Below are positions 28,294-37,033 of a DNA stretch of 64,000 nucleotides, in pieces. Position numbers and translations under genes: made by a program. The notes beneath the pieces were generated by a model. That model was not told where the DNA came from, made no database searches, and saw nothing but the letters and a program-made list of their open reading frames with translations. Source of the DNA: Clostridia bacterium (GTDB lineage Bacteria > Bacillota > Clostridia > Oscillospirales > Acutalibacteraceae); NCBI GenBank assembly GCA_017481865.1, contig JAFUOL010000002.1, forward strand, positions 161 to 64,160. Direction: 5' to 3'. Within the stretch, counting starts at the first letter, position 1, and each line of letters opens with the position of its first letter.

Positions 28294-28770
28294 TTATCTC
28301 TTTTTAAATTTATCTAAAATAAATGCTTTTACTTCAGCTCTATCCTCTTTGGATAGGTTTCTGTAAATCTTGATGATATTTTCCTCTGTGTTAGTAAGAA
28401 TACTGTTAGAGACGATATTCTCGGGTACTGTAACGGGTTCTGTAATAGGCTGACTTGCTAGGAGTGTATTATCATCAGCAACAACAGGCTTGGAAACAGA
28501 TACCTGTTGGGTTTCCTCAGGAAAGGGCATATAAGCATCGCCGTACAAAAGTACATTGGGGTGTACATTAAAAATCTGTGCCAATTTAAGCAGTCTTTCA
28601 GCGCTTATTTTCCCCTTTCGCTCCATTTGAGAATAGGTGCTGGTTTTCATACCCAGCTTTTCAGCGGCCTCGGCTTGGTTAAGGTCTGCAAGCTTTCGGC
28701 ATTTTGCCACACGTTGGTTAATAGTTTCATTCGCAGGTAGTTTGATAGTTCCGTTGCCAAGTTGAACCAT
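28294..28770 (-). CDS. XRE-family HTH protein
   Basis: LNQAEAAEKLGMKTSTYSQMERKGKISAERLLKLAQIFNVHPNVLLYG; 158 aa. Confidence 0.8.
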   Translation of the reverse strand: MVQLGNGTIKLPANETINQRVAKCRKLADLNQAEAAEKLGMKTSTYSQMERKGKISAERLLKLAQIFNVHPNVLLYGDAYMPFPEETQQVSVSKPVVADDNTLLASQPITEPVTVPENIVSNSILTNTEENIIKIYRNLSKEDRAEVKAFILDKFKKR

Positions 28771-28827
28771 AGTTTTTAGCTCCTTTCGGTAAATTATCTT
28801 AGTTTAAGAGGTGACTGCATTTTTGTC

Positions 28828-28856
28828 TTGACTTAAAGGTTTCATACTGATATAAT
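28828..28856 (+). promoter_or_regulatory. Consensus sigma-A promoter for tRNA-Thr
   Basis: TTGACT (28828-28833), 17-nt spacer, TATAAT (28851-28856), 12 nt before the tRNA 5' end. Confidence 0.7.
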
Positions 28857-28868
28857 TATCAGGTAGAT

Positions 28869-28944
28869 GCTGGAGTGGCTCAGTTGGTAGAGCAGCTGAT
28901 TCGTAATCAGCAGGTCGTGGGTTCGAGTCCCATCTTCAGCTCCA
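28869..28944 (+). tRNA. tRNA-Thr (anticodon CGT), CCA encoded
   Basis: GCTGGAGTGGCTCAGTTGGTAGAGCAGCTGATTCGTAATCAGCAGGTCGTGGGTTCGAGTCCCATCTTCAGCTCCA; anticodon loop TTCGTAA. Confidence 0.92.
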
Positions 28945-28945
28945 T

Positions 28946-28980
28946 AAAAATCCCCGATATTTTTCGGGGATTTTTATTTT
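28946..28980 (+). terminator. Rho-independent terminator after tRNA-Thr
   Basis: AAAATCCCCGA / TCGGGGATTTT stem followed by a T-run. Confidence 0.85.
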
Positions 28981-29243
28981 GTACAGAAATATATGCAAAT
29001 AAACCAATAAGCTGACGAATGTTGGCTAAAAATGTCAAATTTTGACTACGGAATATATTATACATACAATGAAAATAAAAGTCAAGTGAAAATATAAAAT
29101 ATAAAATTATTGAAATCTATGTAATTTTTAACAAAAATTTATGATAATATAATACATTGTTTCTGAAAATATGAAAACTATAATAAATCACAAAATTTGA
29201 CACTTCGGTTAATTTGATTCAAAAAGAAATTTGAATCAATCTA
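28981..29243. other. Very AT-rich non-coding spacer with palindromes (GTCAAATTTTGAC 29034-29046; 10-bp inverted repeat 29214-29239)
   Basis: No ORF longer than about 10 codons on either strand. TTGATTCAAA aagaaa TTTGAATCAA inverted repeat. AAATTTGAC recurs at 29195-29203. Confidence 0.6.
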
Positions 29244-29278
29244 TAAAAATGCTCGCTTCAGCTTGACCGAAACGAGCG
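29244..29278 (-). terminator. Terminator after the glycosylation operon
   Basis: Minus strand GCTCGTTTC...GAAGCGAGC stem followed by ATTTTTAT. Confidence 0.6.
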
Positions 29279-29282
29279 TTTA

Positions 29283-29735
29283 TCATTTTTTGAATATGAA
29301 AATCTTACTTAATAAATAATTTAAAATAACAACTATAATACTTACTAAAATTTTTGAAAACATACCTTCTACATCGAGAATGGTTTGGTTTAAACCGATT
29401 TTTACCAGCAACGGAACTGCAATAAGTTCAAATATTCCGGTTGCCATTCTGGCGGAAACAAACTTACTTAGCTCCGTAAAAACGATTTTTTTATTCCAGC
29501 TTTTACTTCTGAAAACCCAAAGCTTATTCGTGACGAATGCGAAAGCCGTAGCGCACAACCACGACAATATATTGGCACAGATTATTGCTGCTGATACTGA
29601 ATTTTTAATTACAGCATTAAATGAGATGGAGAATAATCCGAAGCTGCACCAGCTGACTACAGTGGTAAGGATACCCCAAAATAAATAATCAATAACTTCT
29701 CTGTATTTAATGAAAAGTTTCTTTATTAGATTCAT
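29283..29735 (-). CDS. GtrA-family membrane protein (candidate lipid-linked sugar flippase)
   Basis: 4 TM helices; YLFWGILTTVVSW and AFAFVTNKLWVFRS motifs. ATG 29735 is chosen, directly after the upstream stop at 29737-29739. Confidence 0.75.
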   Translation of the reverse strand: MNLIKKLFIKYREVIDYLFWGILTTVVSWCSFGLFSISFNAVIKNSVSAAIICANILSWLCATAFAFVTNKLWVFRSKSWNKKIVFTELSKFVSARMATGIFELIAVPLLVKIGLNQTILDVEGMFSKILVSIIVVILNYLLSKIFIFKK

Positions 29736-29736
29736 T

Positions 29737-30093
29737 TTATTTAATTTTCCCTTCCAATTCCCGAATTCTTTGTTCATACAGGGCGCACTTTTGAATCAGT
29801 TTTCTCAAATCAGAATTAAGCTTTGATACAATTGATGTTATCGAAATCAAAATAATGATTAGTATGAAGATGACGGCTGCGAATACAGCATTTACTTCCT
29901 CTACAATTCCTGTGTATTTTAATATAAATGTAATTACACCGGGGAATAAAACTACAAAAAGCATTAAAATGCCGCCGAATATCCAAAGTAGGGTATAACG
30001 CAATTCCAACCGTTTTTTCTTGAGCAGATAAAAAATGCAGAGAAAATATACAGCAATAGCTACTAATAATGTGATTTTTAAATATATGCTCAT
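29737..30093 (-). CDS. Small membrane protein with C-terminal coiled coil, DUF2304-like
   Basis: MSIYLKITLLVAIAVYFLCIFYLLKKKRLELRYTLLWIFGG...; AAAGGAGAAAG SD before ATG 30093. Family name from memory. Confidence 0.55.
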   Translation of the reverse strand: MSIYLKITLLVAIAVYFLCIFYLLKKKRLELRYTLLWIFGGILMLFVVLFPGVITFILKYTGIVEEVNAVFAAVIFILIIILISITSIVSKLNSDLRKLIQKCALYEQRIRELEGKIK

Positions 30094-30094
30094 A

Positions 30095-30796
30095 TCACTT
30101 TCTCCTTTTCTTTGTAAATCTCGCAATAATAATTGCCAAAGACACCTTTATCATATAGTAAAGTGACTTAAAACCGTTGATGGATGAACTACCACCGGTA
30201 CGCTCTTGCATTATTACCGGAACTTCTATCATCCTAAGTCCGTTAATAGCGGTAACGATGAGAGCCTCCGGTTCAGGATAATCTTGCGCATATTCCTTTG
30301 CAAAAATTTCAATACATTTTCGGTTAACGGCTCTGAATCCGCTGGTCACATCTAAAACTCTGTTTCCGGTAAGCAGATATACCAATCCGCTAAGGAAGTT
30401 TATACCCAGCCTTCGCATAGCCGAGGACTGAAAGCCTTCGTTGGTGATAAATCTTGAGCCGATAACAGCATCCGCTTTGTTTTCTATAATCGGAAGTATA
30501 ATGTTTTTGAGATATTCGGGTTTATGCTGACCGTCACCGTCCATCTGAATAGCGATATCATAGCCGTTTTCTAATGCATATAAATATCCTGATTGAACAC
30601 CGCCGCCGATTCCGAGATTTACAGGCAGATTTAGATAATGTGCATTTCGCTCCTTTAGTATCTTTAAGGTTAAATCGGTAGAACAGTCGTTGACTACCAC
30701 ATAATCATACTGCGGATATTCGCTATCCAGCTTGTCCAATAGTGCAGAAATACTTTCCTCTTCGTTGTATGCAGGGATTATAATTAAGATTTTCAT
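30095..30796 (-). CDS. Family 2 glycosyltransferase, GtrB/DPM1-like (polyprenyl-phosphate sugar synthase type)
   Basis: IIIPAYNEEESI, VVNDCSTD, QMDGDGQH. ATG 30796 is preferred over the TTG at 30826. Confidence 0.8.
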   Translation of the reverse strand: MKILIIIPAYNEEESISALLDKLDSEYPQYDYVVVNDCSTDLTLKILKERNAHYLNLPVNLGIGGGVQSGYLYALENGYDIAIQMDGDGQHKPEYLKNIILPIIENKADAVIGSRFITNEGFQSSAMRRLGINFLSGLVYLLTGNRVLDVTSGFRAVNRKCIEIFAKEYAQDYPEPEALIVTAINGLRMIEVPVIMQERTGGSSSINGFKSLYYMIKVSLAIIIARFTKKRRK

Positions 30797-30822
30797 AAGA
30801 CGATTATCATTCCATTTCAATG

Positions 30823-32601
30823 TCAATTATTCGAGAGCTTATAGGCAGCTTCTCCCAAGGCAAGTGAATTTTCCGTGAGATAAGCATTTATAGCATCATC
30901 GCCTTGCATTACTATTAAATAATCATATTCTTTGATGCTGTCTTTTTTGTCAGTCAATTGGGATGGAGAGCAAGCGCTTATAGAGAGGTTCCAAAAAATG
31001 TATCTGCCTGCAAAGTAGTGATATCCTGCATCGCCCTCAACCTGCGAGCCGTATATAAAGCAACTGGCTCCGTCTGGAATTGAATAATCCGATTTGATAT
31101 TTTCCAACAATTGTCGCTGTGAACCCTGATAAGCGTTTGTTTTGATGAATAAATCAGGAACATCGTTTATTTGGGTGAAAAGTATTAAACATGACAGTAA
31201 AATAGCGCTTACACCTACAAAAATATTTTTTCCTTTGTTCATAGCCGAAAGCAGATGTAATAAATATATAATTATAGCTCCTACAATGTAAATAACTACA
31301 GTTTTTTCATATCTTGAATAGGAAGCAAGAACTACAGCTTCATCATATGGCATTGATAATAAATACATAGCGGCAAGAATTGCCATAAAGCCAAAATAAG
31401 CTACCGTTATTCCACCTGTGATAAACAATTCATTCCGTGATTTCTTTTTTAGTACTATTCGTTTTACGGCATATCCGAATAATAAAATTACTGCTACTAC
31501 AATAAGTAAGAACCAAGTTGAGTTCCAAGAAAATAAGCGGTTAAGAAAGTTTATTAAGATTTCTTTTATTTGATCTATGGTTTTATCTTTAAATATATTA
31601 GTGTAATTTTCTAGCGAAACTGTGTGTTTTGAGGAGGCACCGCTTTCAAACACATAATCAACATGACGGCTCCACAGAACAAATACACAAGCAGGTATTC
31701 CGCTATGAATAATCCCCAGTTTAATAAGTCTTGCGAAAGACAGCCTGTTTTTGCTTCGGCAGTCGTACAAAACAGAGAAAAAGAGCAGTAAAGCTGTATT
31801 TAATAACAGCATGATAATACCGCTATTCTTGACAGCCACCAAAAAAATCTGTACCATAAGGCTGACCCAGGCGGCCTTGTAAAGTTTGTCTTTATAGTAA
31901 ATGATTATTGCTAAAGAAGCTAAGCTTAAAACGGAAACCAGCGTATCAACAAGTGGCTCGGCAATAGCCGTATCCTGAGGAGAATTTGCGACAAGGCAAT
32001 AAATGCCGCCGATTATCCCAACAATAATAGCAAAAATATCTAATTTCTTTATAAATGCGATAAAAACACAGAGACAGGATGCTATAAGCAGAGACTGTGC
32101 AAACAAAATCAAATCGTCACCGGTACGACCTAAGAATTTGCAGATAAAGTAAATAAATCCTGCTGAACCTGTGGGATAGCCCTGAAACATAATTAGATCG
32201 GATTTAAAGTTCGGGAGACTATCGGTTTTTAGGATTTCTTTTACAACGGTCAGCCAATGACTGAAAGCATCATAATGAGTGGGTATTTGTCCGTAGAGGC
32301 GGACAGCAAAGCAGGCAACAATTATACTGAAAATTGCCAAGCACAGATAATCTGATTTTTGAAAATCGGTTTTATATCTCCACGGTTTGGATATAAATGT
32401 GCACCCAATACCGCCTAACCATATAAGAAGCACTGTATATGGCATAATATTGAGAATTCCTGCAATGAACATGGCAATACCTATGCCGGACAACGTAATT
32501 ACGGGTGCAAATGCCATATTTATGTTTTTCTTGCGTAAAAAGAAACAGTAGCCTATCAAAGAAACCCATAAAAGAGCAGCTTTAATTATGAATGAAAGCA
32601 T
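30823..32601 (-). CDS. 592-aa polytopic membrane protein with C-terminal extracytoplasmic domain; candidate GT-C-type (GtrC-like) transferase
   Basis: At least 12 hydrophobic helices and a soluble C-terminal domain of about 130 aa. First gene of the GT2/DUF2304/GtrA operon. No family motif recognised. Confidence 0.5.
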   Translation of the reverse strand: MLSFIIKAALLWVSLIGYCFFLRKKNINMAFAPVITLSGIGIAMFIAGILNIMPYTVLLIWLGGIGCTFISKPWRYKTDFQKSDYLCLAIFSIIVACFAVRLYGQIPTHYDAFSHWLTVVKEILKTDSLPNFKSDLIMFQGYPTGSAGFIYFICKFLGRTGDDLILFAQSLLIASCLCVFIAFIKKLDIFAIIVGIIGGIYCLVANSPQDTAIAEPLVDTLVSVLSLASLAIIIYYKDKLYKAAWVSLMVQIFLVAVKNSGIIMLLLNTALLLFFSVLYDCRSKNRLSFARLIKLGIIHSGIPACVFVLWSRHVDYVFESGASSKHTVSLENYTNIFKDKTIDQIKEILINFLNRLFSWNSTWFLLIVVAVILLFGYAVKRIVLKKKSRNELFITGGITVAYFGFMAILAAMYLLSMPYDEAVVLASYSRYEKTVVIYIVGAIIIYLLHLLSAMNKGKNIFVGVSAILLSCLILFTQINDVPDLFIKTNAYQGSQRQLLENIKSDYSIPDGASCFIYGSQVEGDAGYHYFAGRYIFWNLSISACSPSQLTDKKDSIKEYDYLIVMQGDDAINAYLTENSLALGEAAYKLSNN

Positions 32602-32652
32602 ATAAAAACCTATCTCCTTAAAAATATTAACAATTAGTATAAATCGTGAAGA

Positions 32653-32681
32653 ATTATATCACATATGAGAAAATAATTCAA
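32653..32681 (-). promoter_or_regulatory. Sigma-A promoter for the glycosylation operon
   Basis: Minus strand TTGAAT (32676-32681), 17-nt spacer, TGa-TATAAT (32653-32658). Confidence 0.6.
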
Positions 32682-32785
32682 GCGTTTAGAGGAATTGGCG
32701 ACAGATAAATCATTTGCATATTTGACTAAAATGTAGAGAAAACCTAACCCTTGAGTGTAATTTTTTTTGCGGCGCTGTTGGGTTG

Positions 32786-33880
32786 CTATTTTCCGTTGAT
32801 TTCCTTACGCTTTTTGCGGCGGACACGGTTTATGTGGCGTTCAAAATCACCGCCTAATATGAGCTCGGCTAAAACATACTGAATAAAGGTCGGCACGGTA
32901 CAGGAATAAAAGCCCAATTTTTCGTTAAAAAGCGAAACTAAATGCTTTGGCAAAACCATGTAGCCGACACGTAAGGAGGAGGAAACGGTTTTTGAAAAGG
33001 TGTTCATATAAATAACATTATCCTTAGTTGTATGGGAAAATAAGGTTTCCTCCGGCTTTTTGGATATGGAAAATTCCGACTCAAAATCGTCCTCTACGAT
33101 ATATCTGTCCGCTTTTTCTGCCCAGCGCAGATATTCGTGCCTTTTAGAGGCTGTGGCGGTTACTCCGCTGGGGAAGCTGCGGTAGGGGGTTATATGCAGA
33201 ATATCAGCATCGGTATCCCATAAAGCGGTACTTCTGATACCGTCACTCCCTAATGGCAGCATTTCATACCTCACGTCACAGCTGCGGTAGACCTGCTCTA
33301 TCTTTTTGTAGGATGGGGCTTCTATGGCATATATTCTTTTTCTTCCTAAAAGCTCTACTATAAGGCTGTAAAGATATTCCGAGCCTGAGCCTATAATAAT
33401 TTGCTGAGTTTCGGCGGTAATACCACGGCTTCGTGCTAAATACTGCCGTATAGCCTCACGAAGCTCTATACAGCCTGAATTGGGGGATTTATCGAGTATA
33501 GCCTCGCCGAAATCACTTATTACACCCCGCATGGTCTTTGTCAGCACCGAAAAGGGGAATTCGGGTGATGTACTCGTGTGATGAGAGGTTAAGGGGGTGT
33601 GCAAAGAATATTTATCAGAGGGGGAAACAAAACCGTCGTCGGTGCGAAAAATAACAAAGTATCCGCTACGCTGTCTCGCCTCTATGTACCCTTCATCACA
33701 AAGCAAAGCGTAGGCATGCTCAACCGTTACGGTGCTTACGCCCACCTCATCGGCTATTATCCTCTTAGAGGGCAGCTTGCAGCCATAGGGATAAATTCCC
33801 TTCACAATATAGCTACGCACCTGCCGATAAAGCTGTAAGTAGGCAGGTGAACTATCATTTTTTTCAATTATGTATTTCAT
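32786..33880 (-). CDS. MocR/GntR-family regulator with aminotransferase-like domain (PdxR-like by context)
   Basis: wHTH GVSTVTVEHAYALLCDEGYIEARQRSGYFV; PLP-lysine region YMNTFSKTVSSSLRVGYMVLP. Divergent from pdxK. 364 aa is short for the family. Confidence 0.75.
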   Translation of the reverse strand: MKYIIEKNDSSPAYLQLYRQVRSYIVKGIYPYGCKLPSKRIIADEVGVSTVTVEHAYALLCDEGYIEARQRSGYFVIFRTDDGFVSPSDKYSLHTPLTSHHTSTSPEFPFSVLTKTMRGVISDFGEAILDKSPNSGCIELREAIRQYLARSRGITAETQQIIIGSGSEYLYSLIVELLGRKRIYAIEAPSYKKIEQVYRSCDVRYEMLPLGSDGIRSTALWDTDADILHITPYRSFPSGVTATASKRHEYLRWAEKADRYIVEDDFESEFSISKKPEETLFSHTTKDNVIYMNTFSKTVSSSLRVGYMVLPKHLVSLFNEKLGFYSCTVPTFIQYVLAELILGGDFERHINRVRRKKRKEINGK

Positions 33881-33972
33881 CTGGTGATATTAAATTCTCC
33901 TATTCTGACTATTTTCATACAACCAAAATAATTATATACTGTTTAAAACAAAAAAGCAAGGGATGAAGTGAA

Positions 33973-34821
33973 GTGTCACATAACCGACAGAAAAAAATTG
34001 CGGTTATAAATGATTTCTGCGGTTTCGGCAGATGTTCTATTGCGGCATCGTTGCCCGTGATATCGGCAATGAAAATTCAATGCTGTCCTCTGCCAACCTC
34101 TATATTTTCAAATCATACGGGGTTTGACAGCTTTTATTACACCGACTTTACGGGTCATATGGACGCTTATATGGACGAATGGGCAAAGCTTGATTTGCAC
34201 TTTAACGGCATTTTAACCGGCTTTCTCGGCTCACCTGAACAGGTAGATATTGTAAGGCGGTTTTTAGAGCGCTTTAAAAGGACTGACACCGTTACGGTTA
34301 TAGACCCCGTTATGGGGGATTACGGTAAGCTTTATTCCACATATTCCCCCCGTTTGGCGGAGCGCATGAGTACGCTTGTACCCTTTGCGGATATACTTAC
34401 TCCCAATCTTACTGAGGCATGTATATTAACAGAAACGGAATACCGCAGTAATATGGATAAGGGTGAGCTTACGGAAATTTGTAAAAAGCTAAGCGGTATG
34501 GGACCTGAAAAGATAGTGATTTCGGGTATCGAGCGTGGTGATGACCTTGAAAACTTCATCTATGAGGCAGGCAAACCTCCCGTAACCGTAAGGGAGCACA
34601 AGGTTGGTCCCTGCCGTTCGGGAACGGGCGATGTATTTTCCTCAATTATCGCCGGGGACGCTGTAAACGGTGTGGATATAGTAAGCTCTGTAAAGCATGC
34701 GTCTGCCTTTGTTGCAAAGGTGCTTCGCCGTACCGTAGAGTTGGATTTACCTAAAACTGACGGTATTTGTTTTGAGGAATTTTTAACTGAAATATTAAAT
34801 TTTAAGGAGATAATAATATGA
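33973..34821 (+). CDS. pdxK: Pyridoxal/pyridoxine/pyridoxamine kinase
   Basis: INDFCGFGRCSIAASLPVISAMKIQCCPLPT and RSGTGDVFSS; GTG start. Confidence 0.85.
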   Translation: MSHNRQKKIAVINDFCGFGRCSIAASLPVISAMKIQCCPLPTSIFSNHTGFDSFYYTDFTGHMDAYMDEWAKLDLHFNGILTGFLGSPEQVDIVRRFLERFKRTDTVTVIDPVMGDYGKLYSTYSPRLAERMSTLVPFADILTPNLTEACILTETEYRSNMDKGELTEICKKLSGMGPEKIVISGIERGDDLENFIYEAGKPPVTVREHKVGPCRSGTGDVFSSIIAGDAVNGVDIVSSVKHASAFVAKVLRRTVELDLPKTDGICFEEFLTEILNFKEIII

Positions 34822-35324
34822 AAAAGCAAAAAATTAAGCTTATGTGTCTGGCAGGAGTTTTTACTGCCTTAGTATATGTGTTTACTGCATATTTACATAT
34901 TCCGAGTCACACAGGTTATACTCATGTGGGTGACGGATTTATATACCTTGCCGCTTGCCTGCTGCCGCTCCCCTATGCGGCATTCGTAGGGGCAGTAGGA
35001 GCTTTGCTTGCCGACTGCCTTACAGGCTTTGCCATATGGGCACCCGGCTCGGTTATTATCAAGGCGGTTGCTGTACTGTTTTTTGTACGCAAGAGCGAAA
35101 AGATAATTACATTAAGAAACGCACTGGCACTTCTTCCTGCAAGTGCTGTATGTATCGGAGGATACTATCTTTATGAGGCAATTATAACCGGAAACTTTGT
35201 AGCTCCAATAGCCGGAATACCCGGATATATTACCCAGTCGGTACTTAGCAGTATACTGTTTGTGGTTTTAGGGCTGGCACTTGATAAGATTAAAGCTAAA
35301 GACCATATTTTAGGAGGAAAATAA
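34818..35324 (+). CDS. ECF S-component-like membrane protein; candidate vitamin B6 transporter by context
   Basis: 168 aa with 5-6 TM helices; KLMCLAGVFTALVYVFTAYLHIP N-terminus. ATGA overlap with the pdxK stop. Confidence 0.6.
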   Translation: MKKQKIKLMCLAGVFTALVYVFTAYLHIPSHTGYTHVGDGFIYLAACLLPLPYAAFVGAVGALLADCLTGFAIWAPGSVIIKAVAVLFFVRKSEKIITLRNALALLPASAVCIGGYYLYEAIITGNFVAPIAGIPGYITQSVLSSILFVVLGLALDKIKAKDHILGGK

Positions 35325-35327
35325 TCT

Positions 35328-35933
35328 ATGATGACAATTACATATCCCGTAAAAAACGGAATATATGTAAATATGACCAACCGCTGTCCCTGCGCATGTA
35401 CCTTTTGTTTAAGGCACAATAGCGACAGCGTGTACGGCTCCGAGCCTCTATGGCTTGACCGAGAGCCTACCGTTAAAGAGGTTTGCGACAGTATTGATAC
35501 TTGGGATTTAAGCAAATATGACGAGGTTGTTTTTTGCGGCTACGGTGAGCCTACCGAAAGACTTGACGACCTACTTGAGGTAGCAAAATATATTAAATCC
35601 AAAAGTGATATCAAAATCCGTATAAATACAAATGGTCTTGCCGATTTAATATGGGGCGAAAAGACAGCACCTAAGCTTAAAGGGCTTATTGATACGGTGT
35701 CGGTTAGCCTCAACGCTACTAATAAGGAGGATTATTTCAAGGTAGTCCGTCCTAAATTCGGTATCGAGTCATACGATGCTATGCTAAGGTTTACTAAGGA
35801 TTGTGTAGACTATGTCCCAAATGTTGTTATGACGGTGGTGGACGTTGTGACCTCACCCGAACAGCAGGAGCTAAGCCGTAAAATTTGCGAGTCTATAGGC
35901 GCAACACTTCGTATACGTCCTTTTGAAAGCTAA
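35328..35933 (+). CDS. Radical SAM protein (TatD-associated type)
   Basis: NMTNRCPCACTFCLR (CxxxCxxC) and FCGYGEPT; 201 aa. Confidence 0.75.
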   Translation: MMTITYPVKNGIYVNMTNRCPCACTFCLRHNSDSVYGSEPLWLDREPTVKEVCDSIDTWDLSKYDEVVFCGYGEPTERLDDLLEVAKYIKSKSDIKIRINTNGLADLIWGEKTAPKLKGLIDTVSVSLNATNKEDYFKVVRPKFGIESYDAMLRFTKDCVDYVPNVVMTVVDVVTSPEQQELSRKICESIGATLRIRPFES

Positions 35934-35962
35934 AAAAATCGGGGAGCGATCCCCGATTTTTT
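35934..35962. terminator. Bidirectional terminator between the rSAM gene and the convergent peptidase gene
   Basis: AAAATCGGGGA gcga TCCCCGATTTT with flanking A- and T-runs. Confidence 0.85.
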
Positions 35963-37033
35963 CTACAGTATAATAAGCTCTTTTGGGCTTTTAGTAAGAT
36001 TTTCGTTGCCGTTTTCTGTTACAAAAACCATGTCCTCAATTCTGACACCGAATTTATTTTCAATATAAATACCCGGTTCTACCGTCATTATCATTCCGCT
36101 TGTAAGCAGGGTCTCGTCCCGTGTGTTGCAGGCGGGATTTTCGTGTATTTCGAGTCCTACGCTGTGACCCAGTCCGTGACCGAAGCAGTCGCCGTAGCCG
36201 GCATCGGTTATAATATCCCGTGCTACCTTGTCTACATCACAGCATTTTACCCCTGATTTTATAAATTTAATTGTTTCGGTCTGTGCTTTTAGTACGGTGG
36301 AGTAAATTTCCTTTTGTAAATCGTCGGCAAAGCCTACGGCTACAGTCCTTGTCATATCCGAACGGTAGCCACCTACTACCGCACCGAAATCCATAGTTAT
36401 AAAATCGCCCTTTTCTATCCTTTTATCTGTCGGCACACCGTGGGGCAGCGAGGAATTTTTACCCGAAACTACAATGAAGTCAAAGGCTACACTCTCGCTC
36501 CCGTTTTTTCGCATAAAAAATTCCATATCAAGCATAACTTCTTTTTCAGTTCTGCCCTCGCTTATGCGGTCAAGAATATATGAAAAGGTCATATCCGTAA
36601 GAGCTTGGGATTTTTTAATGAGCTTTAATTCCTCTGATGATTTAATACTCCTTAAAGACTCAATTTTACGGCTTAAAATATCCTCTTTACTTATATTAAA
36701 ATCGGGCAATTCCTCGCAAAATCTACTGTAAAGGGAAAGGGTTACACTATCGCTTTCAACCAAAACGGTATTTATGTTTTCCTTTTTAAGAATTTCGGTT
36801 ATCTGGTCGAAAAGCTTTTCCTGCAATATTACCTGCATATGCTTTACCGTAGCCTTTGCCTTTTCGAAATATCTGAAATCTATAATAAGAAATGCGGAGC
36901 TTTTTGTTATAAGCACCGTTCCTGCCGAGGAATTAAATCCCGTAAAATACAGTCGGTTAACACCGCTTGTTATAAGCGCCGCCTGACCTTCCTCTAAAAT
37001 ACTGCTTAAAGCCGTTATTCTTTCCTGAAACAT
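35963..37033 (-). CDS. M24-family Xaa-Pro aminopeptidase
   Basis: HGLGHSVGLEIHE and MTVEPGIY metal-ligand motifs; creatinase-like N-domain. Confidence 0.88.
   Translation of the reverse strand: MFQERITALSSILEEGQAALITSGVNRLYFTGFNSSAGTVLITKSSAFLIIDFRYFEKAKATVKHMQVILQEKLFDQITEILKKENINTVLVESDSVTLSLYSRFCEELPDFNISKEDILSRKIESLRSIKSSEELKLIKKSQALTDMTFSYILDRISEGRTEKEVMLDMEFFMRKNGSESVAFDFIVVSGKNSSLPHGVPTDKRIEKGDFITMDFGAVVGGYRSDMTRTVAVGFADDLQKEIYSTVLKAQTETIKFIKSGVKCCDVDKVARDIITDAGYGDCFGHGLGHSVGLEIHENPACNTRDETLLTSGMIMTVEPGIYIENKFGVRIEDMVFVTENGNENLTKSPKELIIL

Noticed and set aside
28869-32785. Classical tRNA-integrated mobile genomic island
   Set aside because: No integrase, recombinase or transposase ORF is present, and I found no direct repeat of the tRNA-Thr 3' end at the distal boundary. 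I therefore report only a compositionally atypical glycosylation block, not a mobile element.
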